A stretch of 63,735 nt of DNA, filler included, from Craspedostauros australis (taxonomy: Eukaryota): NCBI GenBank assembly GCA_030167865.1. It is 8 parts of 8 records of this genome, joined end to end, with 100 filler letters (N's around TTAATTAATTAA, not from the genome) between each part and the next. Parts side by side here need not be neighbours in the genome. Positions count along the whole stretch, not along the records: positions 12,599 to 35,055 come from JALAGF010003774.1; 7 more parts are not named here. One strand, written 5' to 3'. Shown here piece by piece: positions 13,671 to 25,221 of this stretch. The translations under genes and the position numbers were made by a program. Under the pieces are notes generated by a model. It made no database searches. It had not been told where the DNA came from and saw only the letters and a program-made list of their open reading frames with translations. Each line of letters opens with the position of its first letter. Within the stretch, counting starts at the first letter, position 1.

Positions 13671-15491
13671 ATGACAGGACACTCCAAGAGCACATTACCA
13701 CCCTCCCTCACGGCGACAGAAGCAACCGCCATGTCGGCTGTGACCACCACGGATGCACCTAATGCACCTAATGCAACCAACGACAACAATGAGGGAGGCG
13801 TCAACCCGTACTCGATGATGCACAGGACGTTGCAGAGCAAGGAGGCCAACTACGTCACGCACATCCTCCCCAACGACGTCCTTCTCGGACGTGGAACTGG
13901 CCCCAACGACCACCCCGGCAACGTCACCTTCCGCAACCTCATCAAGGACCAGTTCAACAACTACAAGACAGCCTGCATCCGAGGCGAGAAGACCAAGATG
14001 GCCAAGAGGGTCGTCACCTACATCCGTAACCAGAACGGGCGCTTCCTGCGTCGTCTGGATGCCCACGAGATGCCAGCCGCCTTGGCAGATCCCCAGCGCG
14101 ATCACCACCTGGTCGAGGATGCGGAGGTGTACCTGGAGATCAAGGATGATCGGCTGCTGGTCCAGAAGACGAAGCAGGCCTTCCGGCACTTGATTCGCCA
14201 GGCAGGACAATCCACCTCGCAATCCCAGTCGCCATCCACATCCCAGGGTGCAGGTACAGGCCAGGATCAAGGGCAGGGCCACTTCGCCCCGCTGTCCAGG
14301 AGGAGCAAGGCTCGATCCGCTTCGATGTCCATGCGATCACGGTCTAGATCGAGATCCCCTGACACGGTGTCATCCGGCGAGAGCGGCGTGGCACCAAGAT
14401 CGTACGGCAGGGCCCGACGGCTCTCCGCAGCCGCATCGGCATCGACGTCGGGTTCTGTCTCCGCCTCTGTGTCCACCAGCCACAGCCGAGCGCAGCTCGA
14501 TGGTGATGGCGCTGCCGGCTTGGTGGGCCACACTGGGACCAACATGGACGTGGAGATGAATGCGGGCATGGGCGTAGGTATGGGCATGGGCATGGGAGCC
14601 AACGGCCATGCCCAGGCAGGCGCTGGGGCAGCAATGGGCGAATCAGGTGCGCCACCAGTGAGCATGATCTCCATTCAAAAGTCCGCCCTGGCCCCTACCT
14701 TCAGCACGTCATCGCTGGACTCGTCGGTCGGCACCAACTCGGTGACGCATCGTCATGCCACTGGTGCTGCTGCCGGTGTCGGTGCCCCCAACGCCATGCT
14801 TGGGGCAGAAGCTGACATCGATGCAAGGCTCGCAGCGCTCAGGGTGTCCGGTCTGCCCGGCTTGTCAGCTGCGGCAGCAGCAGCAGCAGCATCCAGACCA
14901 TCTCAACTGTCCTCGCTCGCCCTCCAGCATCAGAGGCAGCAACAGCTGCAGCTCCAGCTGCGACAACAGCAACAACAGCAACAGCAACAGCGAGACTCGC
15001 AGCTACTCAAGCTGATGGCAGTCAACGATGCCCAGCTGCGATCTCGATTGGCCAAGGCCCAGCTTCTGGACGCTCTATCTACCCCAGGTGTGTCCGCTGG
15101 CGGTATTGCCAACGCTGCTGTTGGAAATGGCACTGGCAATCCATCCGCCCTTGCCCAGCTGGCGTTGGCATCGCAGCCTTCCCAGCTGGCCGCGCCGATG
15201 TCTGCGCCGAACACGTCGGATGTTCTGGATGCGGCGCTGCGTCTTGCTGCATCTCGCAAGATGGCGGCATTGCAGTCGGCATTGGGAGCAACCGCGGGCG
15301 TAGGTGCCGGAGTCGGAGCAGGCGGACTGGGAGTGGGTGCTCCTGTGTCCGCGACGGCGGCGGCGGCTGCATCAGCGGCTCTGGCAGCCAGATCAGGAGG
15401 AGTTGTTCGTCCAGGCATGGGAGATCGTCACAGCTTGCTGCTGGAACTCCTGGCTGCGGAGCAGACGATGCGGCAGCCGGCCTTTCGTTAG
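13671..15491 (+). CDS. DUF6824-type protein, 606 aa
   Basis: Identical to 7-1827; DUF6824 motif near the N-terminus. Confidence 0.85.
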   Translation: MTGHSKSTLPPSLTATEATAMSAVTTTDAPNAPNATNDNNEGGVNPYSMMHRTLQSKEANYVTHILPNDVLLGRGTGPNDHPGNVTFRNLIKDQFNNYKTACIRGEKTKMAKRVVTYIRNQNGRFLRRLDAHEMPAALADPQRDHHLVEDAEVYLEIKDDRLLVQKTKQAFRHLIRQAGQSTSQSQSPSTSQGAGTGQDQGQGHFAPLSRRSKARSASMSMRSRSRSRSPDTVSSGESGVAPRSYGRARRLSAAASASTSGSVSASVSTSHSRAQLDGDGAAGLVGHTGTNMDVEMNAGMGVGMGMGMGANGHAQAGAGAAMGESGAPPVSMISIQKSALAPTFSTSSLDSSVGTNSVTHRHATGAAAGVGAPNAMLGAEADIDARLAALRVSGLPGLSAAAAAAAASRPSQLSSLALQHQRQQQLQLQLRQQQQQQQQQRDSQLLKLMAVNDAQLRSRLAKAQLLDALSTPGVSAGGIANAAVGNGTGNPSALAQLALASQPSQLAAPMSAPNTSDVLDAALRLAASRKMAALQSALGATAGVGAGVGAGGLGVGAPVSATAAAAASAALAARSGGVVRPGMGDRHSLLLELLAAEQTMRQPAFR

Positions 15492-15781
15492 AGCAGAGTG
15501 GGGAAAGAGGAATGACGACGATCTAAAAATAGCACAGGTGCGAAACACTGAGATTAATGAATAGAGCAACTGAATGCCAACATGCACAAGCACATAGTGC
15601 GACTATACGAACCTGTCCGAACAGTCGTCTTCGACAATCGTTCACATGCCATGCAGACATGCTAGCAGGACGCAGTCCTTCACAGGCAGGCACACACATA
15701 CGTACTCGCAATTTCCCAGACAAGAATGCACCACAGAGAGTTGCAGGAGGGTGATTCCCCCCAAAACAAGTTCCAAACGAA

Positions 15782-17778
15782 TTAGGATCGGAATGTATTC
15801 TTGATCTTCTTCAATGCCTCGTCATGTGACACCACAACCCAGTCGAGTCCATCCGCCGTCTTCTTCAAGAAACGTCCCCCAAGTTCCTGCTTGATGTGGA
15901 TGTCGATGGTGTTCACGATCTGAACGCGCTCGTTGACCGATGACTTCTTGTAGGCGGCCTTGTACTTCGTGTGGACAAGAGCCGTCAGCTGAACATTGCC
16001 CTTGTGCGATTGGAATGGCTTGCCCCGACCCAAGAGCACATCATTGTCACGTGGAACGACCGGAGGGAAATTGATCGGCGCATGTTGCTGGTTCGTGGAC
16101 ATGCCGTCGGAAACGTGCTTGTCCTGGCCGTCTTGGCAACTGTCGCTTTCGCGCCTCAACCTCAACAGTTCCTCGTGCTTGTCCTCGTCGAGCCCGCCTA
16201 GGCTATTCAACGGAAATGTTTTCATGACGATGCCGAATGAAGTCAACGAATACATGGACTCCATGTAGGAGCCGTAGAACGTGCGGAATCGCACCCGGAT
16301 CTCCTTGTTGATCGACACCTGCATGAGGGATACCAGCGTTTTGAAGTGTGGCGAGTCGCAGCACATGTGGCACGACGCGATTTTGACGGGCAATGACTTT
16401 GCGATGCTGACAGCCTTGACGTGGTAGTCCCAAAACCAGGATGGCAGCACGTTGCCGTCAGGGCCTTGGAGCAGGAGAAGGACGCATGCCATCCCTCTCA
16501 CTTGATCCACTGGGCTCATCTCTTGGAGCCCAGCCATGAGAACGTAGAAGAAGCATCGAAGCTGTTCGGCGAATGCAGGAGAACAGGCACCGGTGCGGTT
16601 GAGGTTGGGGAGTGATGAGAATGGGGTTGTGGAAAACAAAAGAAACATGGAATACCCAAGTGACACTGCACGGGGAAGGCATTCACGGAATGAAAGTCCC
16701 GCCCACAGCCAACATAGTCGTAGATAGTCCACGATAACTGCCTCCTGCGTGACAGCAGAAAATAGCATCACGTGAATAGCACCCCAATCGGAATACCGTT
16801 TGCATATTCGTTGTGACTCACCATGCATCTGACGTTGGATGGATCCGGCAGGAGATGCAGCATCTGAAAGTAGACGGGACGATGCCCCCTGTCGCGAATC
16901 TGATTGGGAAAGAGCTGAAACGCGCCATGCTTGAGGACCTGCTCTGTCCTCTCGTCGCTCATTTCGTGGTCGTAGGCAACGCGGGAGCGCGCCAAACTGG
17001 CCACGCCGAATAGATCCAGCTTGTGCTGGTAGAAGTTGACGATGCGGCGCGCGGCCTGGTCGATGTCCCAATCCACGGCGCGCAGGTACATGAGGCGCAG
17101 GTCCTGGTTCTGCGTGACGCGAGGGTAGAGGAAGAGGGCCGTGTCGTAGGCCGACTTGTAGCGCATGCTCTTGAGCTTGTCGCTGAGCTGCTGCAGCGCG
17201 AGTTGTATCTGCTGCGGCGTTCGCGTGATCTGCTGTGCCGAGACTGTGGAGATGGCGTGCACGTCTTCGTATGCCTTCGTCCTCTCCTCGATCGACAAGG
17301 AGCGCAGATCCATGGCCTGCAGCACCTCCCCGTCCGTCAGCGACTTCTTCTCCCGGGCCGAGGCGCTGTCATCGCCAGGATGCGGGGTCCGCCTGGAGAA
17401 GACGGAATCGGGCGACGCCAGGCCCGGAAAGCACGACGGTGCGCATGCTTTCTGGAACCGATCTGCGGAAGCGGCGTCGGAGCTGCGAGTGTGGCGACCC
17501 CGCTTGATCGTGCCCGCGCTGCAGCCATTGTCGCACATCATGGTGCCGCCACTGTCCGTGCTGGCAAGCGTGCTGTTGTCGCTGGTGTCTGCGTTCGTCG
17601 TGCTCATGTTCGTGCCGAATGCGTTCCCAGCATAGTACTGTTGCAGCGGGTTGATTGCGGCCGTCGCATGCATATGACTCAAGTCCTCATAGACGTTGCG
17701 CTTCTGGCCCTGGCTGGCTTGCGGCGGCTGTTTCTGTTGCTGCTGCTGTTCCTGCTGCTGTTCCTGGGCAGTGTACAT
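15782..17778 (-). CDS. Sec14/CRAL-TRIO-like domain plus C-terminal DUF6824; 2 exons (17778-16822, 16561-15782)
   Basis: GTGAGT donor and CAG acceptor join VRCM|LRCFFY in frame; LRLMYLRA...AARRIVNFY...KLDLFG, RDRGHRPVY, SLPVKIASCHMC (CRAL-TRIO-like); PRDNDVLLGRG...HKGN...GGRFLKK (DUF6824). Confidence 0.8.
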
Positions 17779-19035
17779 CTTTGCAGGACTATTGTTGCTG
17801 CAGTCGCAGGAGGAGAAGGAGCTGACAGGATCTTCGTGACGAGTTGGAATCAGCAGGCGTCCTCTGTGTTTGATCTGTTCAGTTGGCGCTGTCTGCTGGA
17901 AGTCACCCCTGAGACTGTTTACTTGGTTCGTTGGTAGCCCGCGAGCGCCTTCGTCTCTCTTCAACTCGATGCTGTTGTGTGATCTTCGTTTCTGGATGCG
18001 TCTGTCGCTCCTGGATGTGACAAGTGCGGTAGCGTGTCGAAGATGGACAATGATCCGCTCTCTGGTTTGCGTCAAGACGACTGCTCCTGTTTTCTTTCTG
18101 TTGGTGTTGTTCTTTGTGTTGTTGTTGTTGCTTGTGTTGTTGTTTGCGTTGCTGTTGTTGGTGGTGTTGGTGCTGTGAACCTCCGCCACCGCGAAGACCA
18201 AAACGATTCTTTGTGATCCTTCGTGCAGTTTTGCAAGGGTATAATTCGCCTTGTCTGTGTCGTTGCCATGTCGTTATTGCTTCTCAGGCAGTGACAAGAA
18301 AGTCACAATCGAGAGAACGGACTCACGCGTTTTCCCTCCGAGCTTCCAGACGCACGAGTTGCCTTCAATTGCTGGAACACAATTCGCGCAAAACATCAAA
18401 TGCGAACCGCCGAAACAACACGCAGAAAGATAAATTCGTTAAATATATGGCCTGGACATGTGTCCGTCATGTTGTTCCACCTAGTTCCACCACGAATACC
18501 CGATTGGACCAATCAAAACCGGTGATGATTACTGATGTTGCATGCAGTGCTTTCTTTTTGCAGTTGCAATGAGCACGACTGCGATCATAGCACGACTGAA
18601 GTGGAACGCACAGAGACACAACGCCTTTCTTCGATCGTGACGTGTCCACGACCAACAGTATCGGCAAGTCAGAAACTGGATGGAGGTATTCAGCGTTGCC
18701 AACCAGTCGCATTGCGCGATTGGCGTTGTTGGCATCAAGATATAGTACTATAAAAGCAGTATCTTGGCATGAACATTGAACTTCGCCAAATCTTGCACAA
18801 AGAAGTGACTGGTGTCTTGTGGATGGTGTCTTTCGCCAGTTCCACTCAAAACATTCCCCACGACACACCACCACCACCACTGCCACTGCCACTGCCACTG
18901 CCACTGCCACCTCAAACACAAGTCACCTTGCCTTCTCATAAATCCAATCAACGTGCATAGACACCATCACCACAACATCAACAACCAGCCAAGCGCCACC
19001 ATTAGATCGTACAATACCACCATCATCTTCACACC

Positions 19036-20604
19036 ATGTCATCCACAGAAGAACAGCCAAGCGACGCCGTCGCTGCGGAAGCTGCCGCAACCGAAACTCC
19101 AGCCCAGGTGAACGACTCGAGCAGTGAGCCGATGTCCGTCAGTTTCGCGGCGGAAGCGAAGGATGGCAACGAGCAGCAAGAGGACAGCACCACGGAGGAA
19201 CAGGCCGTGAAGGCGCAGCAGATGCAGGAGCAGCGCAGACGAAGGAGCAGCCGAGGCAGCTTCTTCGGCCGCATGGGAGAAATCTTTCGTCGGTGAGTGA
19301 TGGGCTGCGTCAACTGGTGGATACAATCAGTGACTGGTTGACAGGAGGAGAGGCAATGTGGGTGGGCTGATGAAGGTGGAGGTCGTCTTCCATCTCGTTG
19401 TCAAATACATAAAGACAGACAGGGAGAGAGTTCTTCGTCAACCAGAACTTGCTCGCATCGATCACAAAGGATTGCATGTGGAGGGCACCTGTCTCATCAT
19501 GTTGTCGTGAAGCGAACGCAACTCACCGATTCTCATTCGCATTTTCTTCTCGCTGTGGCAAACGATGTCGAAATGGCACTACTCTGCACCGATACTTCCC
19601 TACGATGATATTATTACATGATTGCCACAATTGCGCAGAGCCGGAGGAGAGGATGGCGCAGACCTTGAGACTCTGAAGGGCACCACGGGGCTGGACTTTG
19701 AATCGAATGCCATCATCTACCGCAATGGGGAAGAGCCCATGGGTTTCTTCTCCTTCTTTTCCTTCCTCGGCGGCGGCAGCGGCGCTTTGCGAAAGAACAA
19801 GAAGAACAGCACACGCGAGCAGCGCATCGTCATCAAGGGCCCATTCTGCTTCGTGTACGAAGACGAGGACGATCCATCCCCCACGTACGCGCTCAGTTTG
19901 GCGCAGCTCACGCCCGTGCAAACCTCGAAGCACATCGCCGTGTCGGGAGAGATGGCGAAGGGCAACAAGAATAAGAGCGGCCGCTACGTCATGGTGAAGC
20001 TGGAGAGCAGCCTCGGGGATGCCGAGTACACTGTCGGGTTGCCAAATCAGGAGATCGCGTCGGACTTCATCGCCACGGTCGAGGTCCAGGCGGCGGCCGG
20101 GGAAGCCGAAGAGATCCGAAAGGTGAGTGTGTTCCTGGCAAGAAACTTTCGCAGCGCTTGTGGGCAGGACGAAGCGGTGTGCGATCGATCCATGCGACTG
20201 CATTTCTGAATGGTTGAACGGGCAGAAGCAGCCGCTGGAGTCGCATCCAATATGGCTGAAGCAAGATGGAAAGTGGTGAAAACACTTGCTTTGCCACACT
20301 CCATCATCGAGTTGTTCTATGAGTGCGCATTCACCGTCGTCCAATTTCTCACATACCGCCACACACGCACCCATGCCTTCTTTTCGATGACATAATACGT
20401 TTGCACCCTCCCTCCATTCCATGATGACAGGAACTTGGCCACGAGCACTTGATGTACAAAAGATCCTCGGTGAAATTCGCCCAGCAAGTTGCGACGAGAA
20501 AGACGAAGAAACAACCGAAGAAGGCAAGCAACCAACCAGCCTCATTGTCTCCAACGGGAATCGGCATGCTGAATTCGGGAGTGGCAATGGCGGATGTGAT
20601 GTAG
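19036..20604 (+). CDS. PH-domain-like protein; 3 exons (19036-19292, 19639-20122, 20431-20604)
   Basis: Two GTGAGT...CAG introns keep the frame; IVIKGPFCFVYEDEDDPSPTYALSL resembles PH strands; last exon ELGHEHLMYKRSSVKFA...VM*. Confidence 0.7.
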
Positions 20605-21274
20605 GAGATCGACGTCGTCGCATGCACCAGAAACTATGTCAACTGTTGCGGCATATCTACAACCTTGAGTTCCTGCCAGTCGCAGCTCACATCCCATGTT
20701 CATACGAGTAGATAGATACAAATCAATATTCTATAATATGCTCATACTAGTATAGTAATAGTATGCAATCTATCCGAACGGGCGTGGAGCATGCAGTGCG
20801 ATGCGAGTGTCGGCCGGTGGCAAGTCTGGGTCGGCGCCCTCGCCACCGTCCGCCGCACCCAGGACACGCTGTTGGCGGATTGTGGTTGGCGCGTAACCAA
20901 AACGTGGAACCGTTCATTCGTGCGAAATGTCAACGATGTTCATTTGAATTCCACAGCGAAAGGCACAAAGGACTGGGCACAACACATCATCCCAAAGGCG
21001 CCCCTTCGTGTCCAAAGCCCCCACAAGATGACGCAACAATCAACCACCTCCGCCACGACCAAACCCAAAGACAGCCGCCCCCTCTCGATTTCCAACGAAT
21101 AGAGAGGCTTGGCGTTGCCACAAATTGCGTCCACATCCTCCTCGTGAAACGAAGGTGCAGAAGAACACGAGAACGAACAGAAAAACGGGTGAAGCGCGGA
21201 TCTTCCCAAACACATCCAGCCGCAACAGAGCAACATCGCGCCATCCACGTGACCAGAGGCGATCGACGACGACC

Positions 21275-24200
21275 ATGCTGGGATCTCGCGCATTCGGCGC
21301 CTTGATGCGCCGCAACCTCATCTACCGCAGGCGGAACCTTGTTGGCACGGTACGTGAAGCTCCCAGTGTCGTAGTCTTGCTTGCTCGTTTCCGCGGTCGC
21401 ACTTTTGCTCTTCATCATTGGTGCTTCCAGGCTCCTGCTGCTGTTGTTGTTGTTGCTGCTGCAAATGAATGCTGTGCCATCCTCGTACTCCTCCATGCCA
21501 CACTCCATTTTTCCCTTGCTCACATGCTCTACCATCCTCTGCCACACTCTGCTCTATTTTCCCATGCGCGCAACGACGGCTATGCACTTCGCTTCCACAG
21601 TTCCTGGAGTTTGCTCTGCCGGTCGGATTCGTCGCGATTCTGGTGGCCATCAAGGCGTCGCTCGTGGACAATGAGAACTTCTCGGCCCGGACCATCGCTG
21701 CCAGCTACCCTTCTTTCACCGTCATGCCGTACTCCTTCGGAGACTACGTCAAGGCGCTGCAAGCCAAGCGCGTCTGCATCAAGGGCCAAACCATTGAAGA
21801 TGTGGAGGCGATCGTGGGCGAGCTGCCGGACTTCGTCAAGGACTACGTGCCGCAGGAATTCCTCGATAGCTACTTCGGCTCCAGCTTCAGAATCAGCGGC
21901 ATGAACAACAACGGATTGAATTGGCAGGTCCCCTTCCTTAAGTGCGACAGCCGTTTGTGCGACGAGTTGGGTCAGAATGCTTCCGAATTGTGCGAGTACT
22001 GGGCCTTGGGTGTTGCACCTCGCACCGCGGACGATGTTGTGGGAAGACAGCAGGCGGATGACTTCGTCAGCTACGTCTACTCACGGTATCCTCAGCTCAA
22101 CAACACGGACCCGGACAACACACTGCCGTTTGATTTTGACTTCGTGCAACAGTTCGACAGCGACAAGGACATGGAGCGATACATCAAGAACAAAAACTAC
22201 AAGAGTAACGACATTCCAAAGATCGCCCTCGGCATCATCTTCGATGGCAACTCCGACCCGTCCTCCAACTACAATTACCGCATCCGCGTCAACTCCACGG
22301 GCTTTAACGCACCCGAAGAGGACGGCCGCCCCACATCCCTCACCACCCCGCCCACGTACAGCAAATTCGAACGCTACGCGCGGGACGATTCCAGCTCCTG
22401 TCAGTTGGAGCGTGGCACACCCGACATTGGCCTCAATGCCTCCAGCTGCACCAACCAGTACATGTACAACGGCGCCCTCGTCTTGCAGCGGTTGGTCGGG
22501 GATTGGATCATGGTGCGGGAGGGTGCCAAGGATCAAGGCTACTACGTCTCGGAACACGGCGTCCAATACGCACCCTTCCCGTCCTTCGAATACGAAGCGA
22601 ATGGTTTCTACGGCGCGATCGGAGGTACGTGCGTCGGCGTTTGCGTGGATCAGATGCATACCACAATGTGCGTTGCTGTATCGCAACGCATTGTTTCATG
22701 CCGTGCTATGCTGCCGATGCGATGCATTGTACCATACTACTCTCCTCTACTTCGTCCACCACCGTCCCATCTAACCTGGTCCCTCTTTCCGAACACGATC
22801 TACTTTTGGAATACGATCGGCATTGACACCAATCGCACCTTGAACGATGAATAATGAACAATGAACGATGGTAGACTACGCAAGTCTACTCATTACGCTG
22901 GGCCTTCTGTATCCTGTCGCATCCATGGTGCGATACATCGTGTTGGAGAAAGAGCTGCGGCAAAAGGAGCTCATGAAGATGATGAGCGTCACGGAATCGG
23001 ACATCGGATGGTCGTGGTTCCTCACCTTCTGGATCTTCCATCTCTTCACGGCCGTCGCCACGGCCATCACCTTCAGCGCGCTCTACGAAAACTCTTCGTT
23101 CCAGTACATCATGGTGTACTGGATATTCACCTTCACCGCCATCACCACCTTTTGCATGACCATCGCAACCTTCTTCTACAAGTCCACCAAGGCAGCCTTG
23201 GTGGGACTCCTGATCTTCTTCTCCGGCTACTTCCTCACTCAGATAGCGGCCTTCGATCGGGGCAGCATAGGCACGATCAGTCTCATATCGTTGCATCCGG
23301 TGGCGGTATTCTCCTACGGCATTCAGGAGATCGGTCGGCTGGAGGATGCCGGCATCGGTTTGCAGGCCAGCAGCGTGGGCGACACGGACAATGCGTCCGG
23401 GTACACCTTCAACAACACCATCCAGAGTCTGGTTTTTGACTGCATCTTCTGGGGGATCGTCACCTGGTACCTGAATCGAGTGATTGCCATGGACCTTGGT
23501 CAACCGCTGCCGTGGTACTTTCCATTCACAATTAAGTATTGGTTCCCAGGCAGCGGCAGGCGACGGCCACAACAGAATGCCGAAGACAATCATGACTCGC
23601 GTGCCTTTGGCGACGAGACCGATCGCAGCTCGGGCGATATGATGCGTGGCGGCGCGATCCCGGCCGAACAAGTGTCCCGCGCGTTCAAGCTGCAGGCGAA
23701 GCAGAACAAGAGCATTGAGATTTGTGGTCTGCGCAAGACGTTCGGGGAAAAGACCGCCGTGGATGGTCTGTGCATGTCGCTGTACAGGGATCAGATCACG
23801 GCGTTGCTTGGTAAGTGTGGGACGCTTGGCCAGCGGGGGCGGACGTGGCCGGCACTATCACGTTCGTTTGGTGACATGATAGCGGTGGTGTTCTGGCGGA
23901 ATCAGCGCCTGGTTTAATGCGTGTTTTGGTGTCTCATTTGAATCCAAGGCCCACGATTGCTCCTTCGTTACTGATTGAATGACCAAGGCGGCAATATTCT
24001 CACGCGCGCACTCTTCTTTGCACTCTGCTTCGACCTGACCACCACAGGACACAACGGTGCTGGCAAAACAACGACGATCAGCATGCTGACGGGCATGATC
24101 GCGCCCACGGAAGGATACGCGACTGTCGGTGGCAAAGATATCCGCACTGACATGCCCTCCATCCGGCAGGAGATCGGTATCTGCTTGCAGCATGATTGCC

Positions 24201-25169
24201 TATTCCCGCTACTCACGGTGAGGGAGCACATCCGCTTCTTCGCCAGAGTCAAAGGAATGTACGCAAAGCTGCCACGCCAAGAGGTCGAAGAGCAGATCGA
24301 CCGGAGCATCCAAGACGTGGCATTGCATGAAAAGCGGGACACGTACTCGAAGAATCTGAGCGGAGGCATGAAGAGGAAGCTGTCTGTTGCAATTGCATTT
24401 TGCGGTGACAGCAAAACAGTGCTATTGGACGAACCGACGTCCGGAATGGTGAGTGATGATGGATGGATTATGCAATTGTGCAAGTGGGTGCTGGCGCACA
24501 CATGTTTACTCGTACCATGCTTGTTGTGACAGGAGGTTGGTCGGCCGAAACTATTGATCAGGACCAAAAGAATAGCCAAGAATGGCGCATCCGATGTCAT
24601 CACCACGAACCAACAACGACTTGAACATCTCACACGCCATCTCCCCATGCTCCTTTTCCATATTTCGATTCGCCTTGTCTCGTCTTGCTCTGCTTTGGTG
24701 TCCTCAATTCGCTGATGATCGGGGAATCTTTCGGTGACGCTCCAGGATCCATTCTCAAGGCGCTTTACGTGGGATGTTATCCGCCAGTACCGTCGTGACC
24801 GATGCATCATCCTCACGACTCACTTCATGGTACGTGCTGTCCGCGCATGAGCTTCAGTGCTTGCCCAGGCAATGTAACTGTGCTTTGCTTTACTTTACTT
24901 TACTTTACTTTCGCACGTTAATGTGCTGTCATATTGACGCATTGTTTCTCCTGCCCAAGTGCACGCTGCTCGAAAGGCTCTGCATCAATTCATGCCATCT
25001 CATTTCATCTCATCATGTACGTCGCTCATATATTCTATTGTCGATACGGACACATTACTCTACCATACGCGTACGGATATGCGCGCGTGTATGATGGATT
25101 GGCCCCTTCCATCCGTTCATCTGCATGCATGTCGCTCGCCAACCGTCCATGCGCCATGAACGTACTTGA

Positions 25170-25221
<52 letters not shown>

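Noticed and set aside
17779..18201. Asn-rich N-terminal extension of the Sec14-DUF6824 ORF
   Set aside because: No in-frame ATG; AAC-rich leaders precede several genes here and look like 5' UTR
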